Below are positions 50,701-57,606 of a stretch of DNA of 64,000 nucleotides, in pieces. The position numbers and the translations under genes are program-made. The DNA comes from Candidatus Woesebacteria bacterium (lineage in GTDB: Bacteria; Patescibacteriota; Microgenomatia; UBA8517). The stretch is from assembly GCA_003484955.1 (NCBI GenBank), contig DMZH01000003.1, positions 112,387 through 176,386 on the forward strand, given 5' to 3'. Under the pieces are notes generated by a model that ran no database searches, was not told the origin of the DNA, and was given only the letters and a program-made list of their open reading frames with translations. Every line of letters begins with the position of its first letter. Position 1 is the stretch's first letter.

Positions 50701-52913
50701 AGATTTAATGTTCCCCCAAGAGATAAACTTCCGCCGCCCGAGAGAATTCCACTGCTATTAATGGTAACTGAAGAATTACTAAGACTGGAATTGCCAATGT
50801 TGGATAAAGTGTTTGATGCCCCCGAAATTGTTAAACCGGAGGCTGTACCGGCAATTGTTACCCCACTAATTTGCCCTCCTATTACATATATATTGCTGGC
50901 AGATTGAGTAGCTATTGTTCCCAATCCAGAAATGTCCGATGTTGAAATGCCCAGCAAGGTTTTTACCTGAGCTCCTGTTAGGGCAATTGGAGTCGCGGAA
51001 CTTCCTGTATTATTTCCGATTATTGAGTTAGCCACAAGGTTGGCCATCTTGGAAAGGGATATTGCACCATTTCCGATAGTTGTACTAATTGTGGTTGCCC
51101 CGCTTCCTGAAACGTCCCCACTTAAAGTAATTGTTTGGTTACCGGTTAAATAATTTGAATTATTGGTCCATTGAGAAATATTTCCTGACGTAAAGTTGGC
51201 AACTGAAAGACCGGATATGGTGTTACTTGCTCCCGAGATAGTTTTATTGGTTAAAGTGTCGCTTGTTGCCCGACCGATAAGAGTGTCTGTAGATATCGGC
51301 AAGGTTAGAGTTCCGGTATTACTAATTGTTGAAATAATAGGAGATGTACTAAACGTCCAAGTCCCGGTAACCGACTGAGTTTGATCACTTCTGACTATTT
51401 TTGAGTTGGTGTAATCAATCGATAAATTCCCCTCGCCTGCGGGAGAATTCGTCAGATCAAAATCAGCTCCCAAAAAATCAATTGTAGTTGCAGATGAAAC
51501 TACTGTTACATCATCTGCTTGAAGTGTTGAAATTCCCCCTCCCGTTCCTCCTGCATCAGTTGCACAGTCCCAGGAGGAGGTACTATCCGTCCACTTTAAA
51601 AGTTCGCCGTCGCCGCAAGTCCGGATTAAAGAAAGTCCTGACGAAGTGGCCACAAGCCCTCCCCCCGATTGAATATTCAAAGCCAAACTAGTAGCACCCG
51701 AGGTTCCTCCTCCGGTCAAACCATTTCCCGCGGTTACACCGGTAATTGTCCCTGATCCTCCGGATGTTCCACAGGACCCCCAAGTAAAGCCCCCGGTACT
51801 ATTGTTGTAAGTTAAACATTGTCCGCCGGTTGGATCATTCGAAGATGCCAAATCGGATTCATTTATGGAGCTATCGGAAACGCCTACCGCTGTAATTCCA
51901 GAAAGATCAACTGAAAGCGTTGCAATGTTATCAAGTGTGGCAACTGTTAATTTAGAACTATCGCTTTTTATGTCGGTTATTCCCTGAATTATCTCGCCTA
52001 CCGTCTGTTGATAAACACTATTGCCGCTTGAGATTGATTGGGCAACACTCTGAATATAATTCACAACTCCTTGAATTGGAGATGTCAAAATGGCACCGCC
52101 TGACGTTCCACCAGCAAAAGCCCATGTTCCCGTACTCTCGTCAAAGATCGGCTTATTGAATCCCGTTGGCTGATAATCAGAAATTCCCAAAACATCAATA
52201 TTCGCAGAAAGCTCATAAATTGAATTGAAAAGGGAGATTGCGTTCTTGGCAACCGTACTTTCTACTTCGGTTGTTTTCTGAGCGCCGGTTTTTATGACGA
52301 CATTTAAGATTTTACCGTTCTTATCAACCGTTCCTGCAACTACAAATCCGGTATCATATGTCTGTCCCACAAAGTCACCAATCAGCCTTCCCTCTTCAAC
52401 CTTTCCTTGAAGAATCTTAATTGCATAGGAGGTGTTGCTATCTAAAACCAAATTGGCAATCATTCTATCCATAATTTGGCCCACAGCTCTTGTGCCGTCT
52501 TTCAAATAAAAAGTGGTTATGATCCCATCACTAAAACTATCAAGCGCTTGGTCACCTGATAAGAATAAAATTCTTGCTCTATTAACAAATTGGTTGCCGT
52601 CCCCTTTTACCTCTCCGCTGATAACTTTATATACAGAAAATGAACCGTTTGATAAAAGTGCTGTCCCGACAACCTTATCATCAAAAAATGAATTTTCTAC
52701 TCTTTCTTCGTCAAGATAGCCTGATCTGGTCTCGACATCTTTGACCATTTGAGAGATGTTCGATGTCAAAAATCCCTTTTGTCCAGCAAGGTTTAGAAAA
52801 TATCCCCCTCCAACAGCCACCGCTGAAGTAATCGCAAGAACCAATACAACGACTAAGGGTATTACCCCGTCGTTATACTTTTTCTGAGACTGATATTTTG
52901 TTATCCGTAACAA
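44775..52913 (-). CDS. Giant (2712 aa) Gly/Ser/Thr-rich fibre-like surface protein
   Basis: TTG start coupled to the upstream stop; N-terminal hydrophobic anchor; tail-fibre-like repeats 'GTNTGDQTITLTxDVTGSGTGSFATTI' and 'SGLGTIATQSASNV'. Confidence 0.88.
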   Translation of the reverse strand: MLRITKYQSQKKYNDGVIPLVVVLVLAITSAVAVGGGYFLNLAGQKGFLTSNISQMVKDVETRSGYLDEERVENSFFDDKVVGTALLSNGSFSVYKVISGEVKGDGNQFVNRARILFLSGDQALDSFSDGIITTFYLKDGTRAVGQIMDRMIANLVLDSNTSYAIKILQGKVEEGRLIGDFVGQTYDTGFVVAGTVDKNGKILNVVIKTGAQKTTEVESTVAKNAISLFNSIYELSANIDVLGISDYQPTGFNKPIFDESTGTWAFAGGTSGGAILTSPIQGVVNYIQSVAQSISSGNSVYQQTVGEIIQGITDIKSDSSKLTVATLDNIATLSVDLSGITAVGVSDSSINESDLASSNDPTGGQCLTYNNSTGGFTWGSCGTSGGSGTITGVTAGNGLTGGGTSGATSLALNIQSGGGLVATSSGLSLIRTCGDGELLKWTDSTSSWDCATDAGGTGGGISTLQADDVTVVSSATTIDFLGADFDLTNSPAGEGNLSIDYTNSKIVRSDQTQSVTGTWTFSTSPIISTISNTGTLTLPISTDTLIGRATSDTLTNKTISGASNTISGLSVANFTSGNISQWTNNSNYLTGNQTITLSGDVSGSGATTISTTIGNGAISLSKMANLVANSIIGNNTGSSATPIALTGAQVKTLLGISTSDISGLGTIATQSASNIYVIGGQISGVTIAGTASGLTISGASNTLSNIGNSSLSNSSVTINSSGILSGGGSLSLGGTLNLLATEADTFSSVTGRGASTATALTLSSATPITFSGTTPTITFSGGNTIFDLTGATTRTLNILNSTTSQVANVIVDGTISASNFSGTSSGTNTGDQTITLTSDVTGSGTGSFATTIAGGAVTLGKMANLAANSIIGNNTGSSATPIALTGSQVKTLLGISTSDVSGLGTIATQSASNVFITGGQLSGLVSINGATISGGSISGGSLSTVAVNGVTTGNIILSTGSYADPGWITSLSPTKVLPDQTGNSGKVLGTNGSALSWITNSSGVAWGAITGLLDDQTDLTASLSGKLSKTLTSANIFVGNGSNIATGVAVTGDISINNTGLTAIGNGAVSLSKMTNLAANSIIGNNTGSAATPIALTASQVKTLLGISTNDISGLGTIATQSASNVYITGGQLVGGTINNITIGGTTRAGGNFTILDSNGNTTLGDTNTDTLTIKAGSSGAGITLYDSSFANCSALETVAGVLTCGTDDTGAGGGISTIQIGDADVVTSATTVDFLAADFDATNSPAGEGNIAIDYTNSKITRTDQIQSISGAWTFSDLTISDTNIPLSGASLTFDFNNALDRTLTITNSSTGLANFSVEGTIGASNFSGTSSGTNTGDQTITLTSDVTGTGTGSFATTIASGAVTLGKMANLAANSIIGNNTGSSTTPIALTASQVKTLLGISTSDVSGLGTIATQSASNVFITGGQVSGVTIGGTATGLSISGSTNTLSNIGNSSLTNSSVTINTSGILSGGGSLSLGGTLNLSTTEADTLLSVTGRGATTSNGITLSSASPLLFSSSVPVLTLGAGDAAGVLTIKDSNATPNTLLTLTDAGTTGNLSVTGTLLGSNFSGSSSGTNTGDQTISLTSDVTGSGTGSFAVTIANGAVTLGKMANLAANSIIGNNTGSSATPIALTAAQVKTLLSISTTDISGLGTIATQSAGNVFITGGQITGGTINGATIGAVTPASGAFTGLSATSAISAPTSTNTINGLIINSGALSGITTISASSTINGATLSGGTLSGGSLSGGTYSGTALSGTGSFTITGGTAASETLTLVSTSNITKGDIQFFSASNKITSAGALTIVGALSASNVSGSNTGDQTITLTGDVTGSGTGSFATTIAGNSVALTTDTTGDYVATLTSGNGISAAATGEGSAPTISLAALTADWNQTGAFDIVLVNTSSELKMLESGVTPTLYGILDIGDLSTSDSTFTFSGSSGTVVTSSNAAAQLSAWDQTASDDLTTSNYSTTLDSIYVNVGESPTGGDISGSFSGGLTIAANSVALGTDTTGNYIASATSNGGLTMTGTEGGSLGIDLPAATDALSVTTSSGSGLELLVSGVTLLQGCSDGQLLKWNETADTWGCSADNTGAGGGVSTIKEGGTNIVTSAVALNYVAADFIITDETAGVAGITIDYANSKIIRKSDSAVTFDAGATFSTTGNLNGVTINTATGASGNSGAITIQTGGTSVSGTSGSVTIDTGAGVTSNGAITIGGTNASNLAIGRATVTTTVNGTLAAGGVLISGGSINGTTLGASTPSTGAFTTLSATGAITGATATNTINGIIINSGAVSNVSTLGLSGAITGATATNTINGLIINSGALSGITTINASGQITSTLVTGTAPFVVASTTNVANLNASSLNGATFAAPGSIGSTTPGSGAFTTLSATGAITGATATNTINGVIINSGAVSNVSTLGLSGAITGATATNTINGLIINSGALSGATTLGLSGAITAATATNTINGIIINSGAVSGVSTLGLSGAISGATATNTINGMIINSGAVSGVTTLGASSTVTIGSGGNTYTFNPAAAPALAGTARPDRREELVPEFPGAVLTGSGTGTMTSDFCAASAGVGGLTATNTTVCNTSGDTHNYYNWTTTQGTPQTYTVYLKWRVPDNFSAWDTSNSIQAYAKRSDATNGHVNIKVYDTANALNNAGGTEIAGAANTWIQNGINISGGTWTAGSYMTIQIDVTAAATGGITDVGEISLNYFTSN
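45385..46115 (-). repeat. 93-bp (31-aa) tandem repeats in fibre gene 2
   Basis: Six copies of GAITGATATNTINGxIINSGAxSxxxTLGLS in blocks of 2 and 4; a seventh near 47.8 kb. Confidence 0.9.
47905..51075 (-). repeat. Five dispersed ~65-aa repeats in fibre gene 2
   Basis: 'GAVTLGKMANLAANSIIGNNTGSSATPIALTxxQVKTLLGISTxDxSGLGTIATQSASNV' near 51.0, 50.3, 49.7, 48.8 and 48.0 kb. Confidence 0.9.
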
Positions 52914-52914
52914 C

Positions 52915-54738
52915 TTATTTATTTTTCCTTAAGAATGTAACGAGTGTTAAACTTCCGATAGTGGTTATAATAAAAAATAGAAATGTTGCAAAACCCATCA
53001 AACTATATATCCTTATAGCGGCTGACTGGGATTGTGCAGCCACAACTCCCCAATTGTAATCGTCAACATTTTTATAAGCCTCAAGCTTCAAGACTCCTTC
53101 ATAATCATAAGTAACCAATGATCCGCTCGTTCCCGAAACGGCTTTCATTACCAAACTATCAGAGGGTGCCTTTATTATTGTATCTTGAGGGTCGGGATTT
53201 AGAATATAATTTCCACTGGAATCTGCTACCGTAAATGAACTTGTTCCAGTGTGGTCAATTTGTCCTAATTGTCTTTGAAGTTCAAAGATATCAACCGAGC
53301 CTAAAATCACGCCCAAAAATTTGCCGTCTGTACCAATTATAGGAAGTGAGATTAAGATCGAGGGTTCAATTCCCGGAGAGTTGGGTTTGATAAAACCCGT
53401 CACAAAAACTCTGCCTGTCTTCGCTGGTTCACTAAAATAATCCCTATTGGAAATGTCTACATTCTGACTTTGAAAATAAAACGGATAAGTATCAACAATC
53501 TTACCGTTTCCGTCTGTAACAACCATACGGACAAAAGAATTATTTGAAGACAGATAGATTTGTTTAAGTTCACTATCTAAATCAGCAGTAGACCCTTCGA
53601 TCAACAATTTGGACAAATTGTTGTCGCTTAGAAAAGCTGAAAGGGTTAGTGTGTTTCTGTCCATGAAATTTTTAGTCACCTCGGATGCTAACTCAACCCT
53701 TCCGTTCATCTCGTCTAAGATGATAGTTTGAAAAGAACGATATGCCATCCGAAGCATAAATGATCCGATAAAGAAAACACCCAAGATCCACAAGAAACAA
53801 ACCAGAGCCTCTTTTTTAGTCTTTGTTTTAAAAGTATCAAATTCACTGGCGAAGGGATAGACAAACGAAAATGTTCCTAGGGTTATTCCAAAAATAGATC
53901 TACCCCAGTACCCACCTGTAAAAGACATTGCGGAGTAAATAAGCGCTATTGTTCCGGCTATAAAGGAGGTTATTATCATGAAATATTTACTTCCTTTTAA
54001 AGCTTTAAGGCTCAAGAATAAAAGTAAACAAAAAAATGCAAACCAAACCGCAGCAAACACGTCCCGGGAGACTATTCCGGTACGAAAAAGAATGGAGAAT
54101 GTAGAAGAACCTGGCCAAATAAGAAATCCTAGACCAATCAAAACAAACAAAAGGTTTATAAAAATTAGATATTGCAAGCGATAATTTATCCTTTTTATAG
54201 CCGAGAGTATAAGAACAACCGACAGCGATAAATATCCTACCGAAGAAACAGATTTTTGAGACAAAAATATTCCCGCTAGAACCAATGACAAAACGCCAAT
54301 GTAAAGATATAAGGCTGTATGTTTGTGGCCTTTATTAATCATGAAAGTATCAAAACCAAGTAAAAGTGCCCCCCCAATAAAAAGAAGAATATTTACAACG
54401 TTCAAATATGGCGCAATTTCCATTAATGGCTGTTGGGCATTTGCATAAACTGGATTTGTGAATTGGGAAAAACCGAGACCAATTGCAAGAAATCCTATAA
54501 ACCAATCAAAAATACTGAGTGATTTTTTAGGATCAGGCGCCGAAGATGGTGTCTCCTGAAGACTTTTACCTCTTTCCTGAAGAAGTCTGTTCACTTCGCT
54601 CGCCGGTATTCTAAACCTCCCCTCGGCACCCAACCTGACAGCTTTAATGCTGCCGTTTTCCAAATATTTATAGACCGTGTTTGTAGAAAAACCAAGAAGA
54701 TTTGCTACCTCTTTTACTGTGTAGGTCGATTTGGGCAT
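52915..54738 (-). CDS. Excisionase-like HTH, multi-TM region and Cache-like extracellular sensor domain
   Basis: N-terminal 'YTVKEVANLLGFSTNTVYKYLENGSIKAVRLG...RFRIP'; ~9 TMs; 'DISNRDYF', 'LISLPII...FLGVILGSVD', 'NWGVVAAQ'; final TM then stop. Confidence 0.85.
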   Translation of the reverse strand: MPKSTYTVKEVANLLGFSTNTVYKYLENGSIKAVRLGAEGRFRIPASEVNRLLQERGKSLQETPSSAPDPKKSLSIFDWFIGFLAIGLGFSQFTNPVYANAQQPLMEIAPYLNVVNILLFIGGALLLGFDTFMINKGHKHTALYLYIGVLSLVLAGIFLSQKSVSSVGYLSLSVVLILSAIKRINYRLQYLIFINLLFVLIGLGFLIWPGSSTFSILFRTGIVSRDVFAAVWFAFFCLLLFLSLKALKGSKYFMIITSFIAGTIALIYSAMSFTGGYWGRSIFGITLGTFSFVYPFASEFDTFKTKTKKEALVCFLWILGVFFIGSFMLRMAYRSFQTIILDEMNGRVELASEVTKNFMDRNTLTLSAFLSDNNLSKLLIEGSTADLDSELKQIYLSSNNSFVRMVVTDGNGKIVDTYPFYFQSQNVDISNRDYFSEPAKTGRVFVTGFIKPNSPGIEPSILISLPIIGTDGKFLGVILGSVDIFELQRQLGQIDHTGTSSFTVADSSGNYILNPDPQDTIIKAPSDSLVMKAVSGTSGSLVTYDYEGVLKLEAYKNVDDYNWGVVAAQSQSAAIRIYSLMGFATFLFFIITTIGSLTLVTFLRKNK

Positions 54739-54745
54739 TTTGGCA

Positions 54746-54860
54746 GTTTTTACAAGTACTTCTAGGGTTGTTTTTACAAGTTTTTGTAAGTATTCACAAC
54801 TCCAATACTATATATAAAAGTTTTCACAACTCTTGTCAAGCCTGAATTTGTAAAAACATG
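54746..54860. repeat. Phased 10-bp repeats (GTTTTTACAA-like), right cluster, over the operon promoter
   Basis: GTTTTTACAA 54746 and 54770, GTTTTTGTAA 54780, GTATTCACAA 54790, GTTTTCACAA 54820, inverted TTGTAAAAAC 54848; minus-strand TTGACA at 54839-54834. Confidence 0.85.
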
Positions 54861-54909
54861 AGGCTAAAAATGATATAATATTTGAGGTTCCTGAAAAACA
54901 GTGAAAACT

Positions 54910-54980
54910 GGGCTCGTAGGCAAACGGTATACCGTATCATTCGCATTGATAAGTTCCGGGTTCAATTCCCGGCGAGTCCA
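54910..54980 (+). tRNA. tRNA-Ala (CGC)
   Basis: GGGCTCG/CGAGTCC acceptor with G3:U70, TATCA-TTCGCAT-TGATA anticodon arm, CCGGG-TTCAATT-CCCGG T arm. Confidence 0.9.
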
Positions 54981-55007
54981 CAACTGGAGAGAAAAATCAA
55001 AAGGTAC

Positions 55008-56099
55008 TTACTTCAGGTAATTGAAGGGGTTCACTGCAGCCCCATTTAAATAGATTCTGAGGTCCAAATGGGGACCTGTTGAACGGCCTGTAGAGCCCAT
55101 TCTTCCAATTACCGACCCCCTTGCAACATTCTGTCCGGTGGTAACCATAATCTGACTTAAGTGAGAATAGCGGGTCTTAAAACCGTTTCCGTGATCGATA
55201 AACACCATGTTTCCATACCCACTTGAATCCCAACCCGCATAAATAACACGCCCACTGTCGGCGGCAACTATCGGCGGCAAGCTTGGATTGGCAACGTCAA
55301 TTGCGGGGTGATACCAGGAAAATCTTTGCGTAATAATTCCTTGCGTGGGCCAGACAAATTGCCCGGAAGCTGCTACCGTTCCCGCATCGGGAGTCATCTG
55401 CCTTGCTTTCGGGGTTGCAGCTGTAGCCAATCTGACACCCTCAGGAACAATTATTGTTTGTCCTATTGCTAACTCAAAAGTTTCATCATTTGTAAAAGTG
55501 TTAAACGGAAAATCAACCATTCCCTGCGGACCTGTGTCATATTTTTTTGCAATCGAATAGACTGTATCTCCTTTGACAACGGTATGAGCAACTCCTGTTA
55601 CCGGCAGGATTTTAAGCGTCTGACCGATTTTTATTCTGTCTTTAACTAGATTATTTTCCCAACGAATGGTGTCCTCTGAAACACCAAATTTATCAGCAAT
55701 CGACTTTACCGTATCTCCGCTTTGAACTTGATAATCAATGATACTATCCCTTACCTTATTAGATATTTGTGTATCAATTCCCAGATCATCGGTAGACGCG
55801 GAAAGCACTGACGGCGCTGCCGAAATTGACCAAGGGTTAACTGATTTACCGGGAAATTCTTGTGCAATTAAGGGGGCCAGCATTACACCAAGTGTGGCAA
55901 TTGCCGCCATACCTGAATGACTTAAAGTTCGCGACAACTTTCCCCTCTTCCGATAAAGTGCGGTAACAACAATTCCTTTCCTTTCCTCAAGTTTCAAAAA
56001 ACTGATGTGTAGACTTTTCAGAATAAAATTCGTCAGCTCAAAAAAGAAAGTTCTTATCTCCTCCCATATTTCTAAAGGCACCTCAAAATTTTTTTCCAT
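55008..56099 (-). CDS. LysM-containing M23 peptidase
   Basis: Two LysM motifs (YQVQSGDTV, HTVVKGDTV), HPAID, GYGN, STGPHL. Confidence 0.92.
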   Translation of the reverse strand: MEKNFEVPLEIWEEIRTFFFELTNFILKSLHISFLKLEERKGIVVTALYRKRGKLSRTLSHSGMAAIATLGVMLAPLIAQEFPGKSVNPWSISAAPSVLSASTDDLGIDTQISNKVRDSIIDYQVQSGDTVKSIADKFGVSEDTIRWENNLVKDRIKIGQTLKILPVTGVAHTVVKGDTVYSIAKKYDTGPQGMVDFPFNTFTNDETFELAIGQTIIVPEGVRLATAATPKARQMTPDAGTVAASGQFVWPTQGIITQRFSWYHPAIDVANPSLPPIVAADSGRVIYAGWDSSGYGNMVFIDHGNGFKTRYSHLSQIMVTTGQNVARGSVIGRMGSTGRSTGPHLDLRIYLNGAAVNPFNYLK

Positions 56100-56191
56100 A
56101 CAATACCCCGGATGAAAATCCTAGGTGGATTGATAATACATTATAAAAATACCTGAAGCAAATTTAACCGGAGAGTAAAAAAGTAGCTCAA

Positions 56192-57535
56192 TTAAACAGT
56201 TTTGAGACTGTCAAGAAACTCATCGTTGGTTTCTGTCTTGGCAAGCCTATCAATCAAGGTTAAAGTCTTTTCGTCATCATTCATCAAGTCAATCATTCTT
56301 CTTAATGTATTAACTTTTCTGAGTTTTTCCATTCCAAAAAGGAGTTCGTCCTGACGGGTCCCTGATCTGGCAACATCAATTGCGGGGAATACTCTCCTAT
56401 CGGAAAGTTTTCTATCAAGATGAAGCTCCATGTTTCCTGTACCCTTAAATTCTTCATAAATAAGATCATCCATTCTGGATCCCGTGTCGACCAAACAAGT
56501 TCCGATTATGGTTAGGGATCCCCCGTTTTCAATATTCCTTGCAGCACCAAAGAATTTTTTGGCCGGGAAAAGCGCCATTGGATCAAATCCTCCTGAGAGA
56601 GTTCTGCCGGAGGTTGGAAGAGCTAAATTGTAAGCTCTCGCCATTCTGGTAATCGAATCAAGAACTATGACAACGTCGTGTCCCATTTCGACAAGGCGGC
56701 GGGCACGCTCGAGAGCCAACTCTCCTACTCTGGTCTGGTCTTGTGGTGCTTCATCAAAATTACTGGCAGCAACTTCTCCCATCTTATTGGTAACCGTGTC
56801 CATTGTTCTTATAATGTCAGTTACCTCCTCGGGGCGTTCCCCGATTAAAACCGCCATAATATGAACTTTTTTGCTTTTTCCTTTACCATCTTCAGCATAA
56901 TTACCGGCAATGCCTTTAATTATATCTTTTACAAGCCAGGTTTTTCCTGCTTTCGGAGGAGAAACAATAAGTGCACGCTGTCCGAAACCAATCGGAGCAA
57001 TCAGGTCTATCATTCTGGTCGTTAATGTATCTTTATCTGTCGAAAGTATAATTTGTGCATCAGGATAGACCGCTGTCATATCATCAAAATTTGGCCTCTG
57101 GCCAACGGATTCGACAGGTTCACCATTTATTTTTTCAACTTTCAAAAGACCCCAATATCTTTCGTTTTCCTTGGGGCGCCTGGCCTGCCCGGCGATAACA
57201 TCCCCTACTCTGAGATTAAACCTTCTTATTTGAGATGCTGAAATATAGATATCATGATCGCTTGGAGCAAATCTGACAGGCCTTAAAAGACCCGACCCTT
57301 CATTGGCAATGTCAAGTACTCCGATAACGGTTTCTGTCGGGAGTCCAGCGTCGGGAATCAATCTGTCGTCAACCACCAAAGGATTGGGCGTAGACTCGGT
57401 TATTGCAACTCCGCTTGAGGCATCTGACGAACTCTCTGCCACAGCAGAAATCTCCTCTTCTTTTTGAGGAGCGCCAACCAAAGACTGCAAGTCCTTATTT
57501 TCTTCCTGAATTTTACTGACTGATTTTCTTGGCAT
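56192..57535 (-). CDS. rho: Transcription termination factor Rho
   Basis: DIYISASQIRRFNLR, PPKAGKT, ERPEEVTD, FKGTGNMELHL. Confidence 0.96.
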   Translation of the reverse strand: MPRKSVSKIQEENKDLQSLVGAPQKEEEISAVAESSSDASSGVAITESTPNPLVVDDRLIPDAGLPTETVIGVLDIANEGSGLLRPVRFAPSDHDIYISASQIRRFNLRVGDVIAGQARRPKENERYWGLLKVEKINGEPVESVGQRPNFDDMTAVYPDAQIILSTDKDTLTTRMIDLIAPIGFGQRALIVSPPKAGKTWLVKDIIKGIAGNYAEDGKGKSKKVHIMAVLIGERPEEVTDIIRTMDTVTNKMGEVAASNFDEAPQDQTRVGELALERARRLVEMGHDVVIVLDSITRMARAYNLALPTSGRTLSGGFDPMALFPAKKFFGAARNIENGGSLTIIGTCLVDTGSRMDDLIYEEFKGTGNMELHLDRKLSDRRVFPAIDVARSGTRQDELLFGMEKLRKVNTLRRMIDLMNDDEKTLTLIDRLAKTETNDEFLDSLKTV

Positions 57536-57606
57536 GTATTTAGAATTTAGAATCTAAAGCTTTGAATCATGAATTACGGAATCCGGGCAAACTCGAAGTT
57601 CAATCA

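Noticed and set aside
45160-51691. Many plus-strand ORFs opposite the 2712-aa gene (and minus-strand ORFs opposite the 2314-aa gene)
   Set aside because: Val/Pro/Ala-rich antisense shadows expected from Gly/Thr/Ser codon bias; no independent protein motifs.
29298-52913. Prophage tail genes
   Set aside because: Both fibre proteins have membrane anchors, and no capsid, terminase, portal, tape-measure or lysis genes are in the window.
39300-54858. Tn7/Mu-type transposon (TGT...ACA ends)
   Set aside because: The flanks GGGCA and TGAGG are not a 5-bp duplication and no transposase is present; kept only as a repeat-bounded cassette.
54910-54980. tRNA-Ala as the attB site of the adjacent fibre operon
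   Set aside because: The operon lies 5' of the tRNA and no duplicated tRNA 3' end was seen near 39.2 kb.
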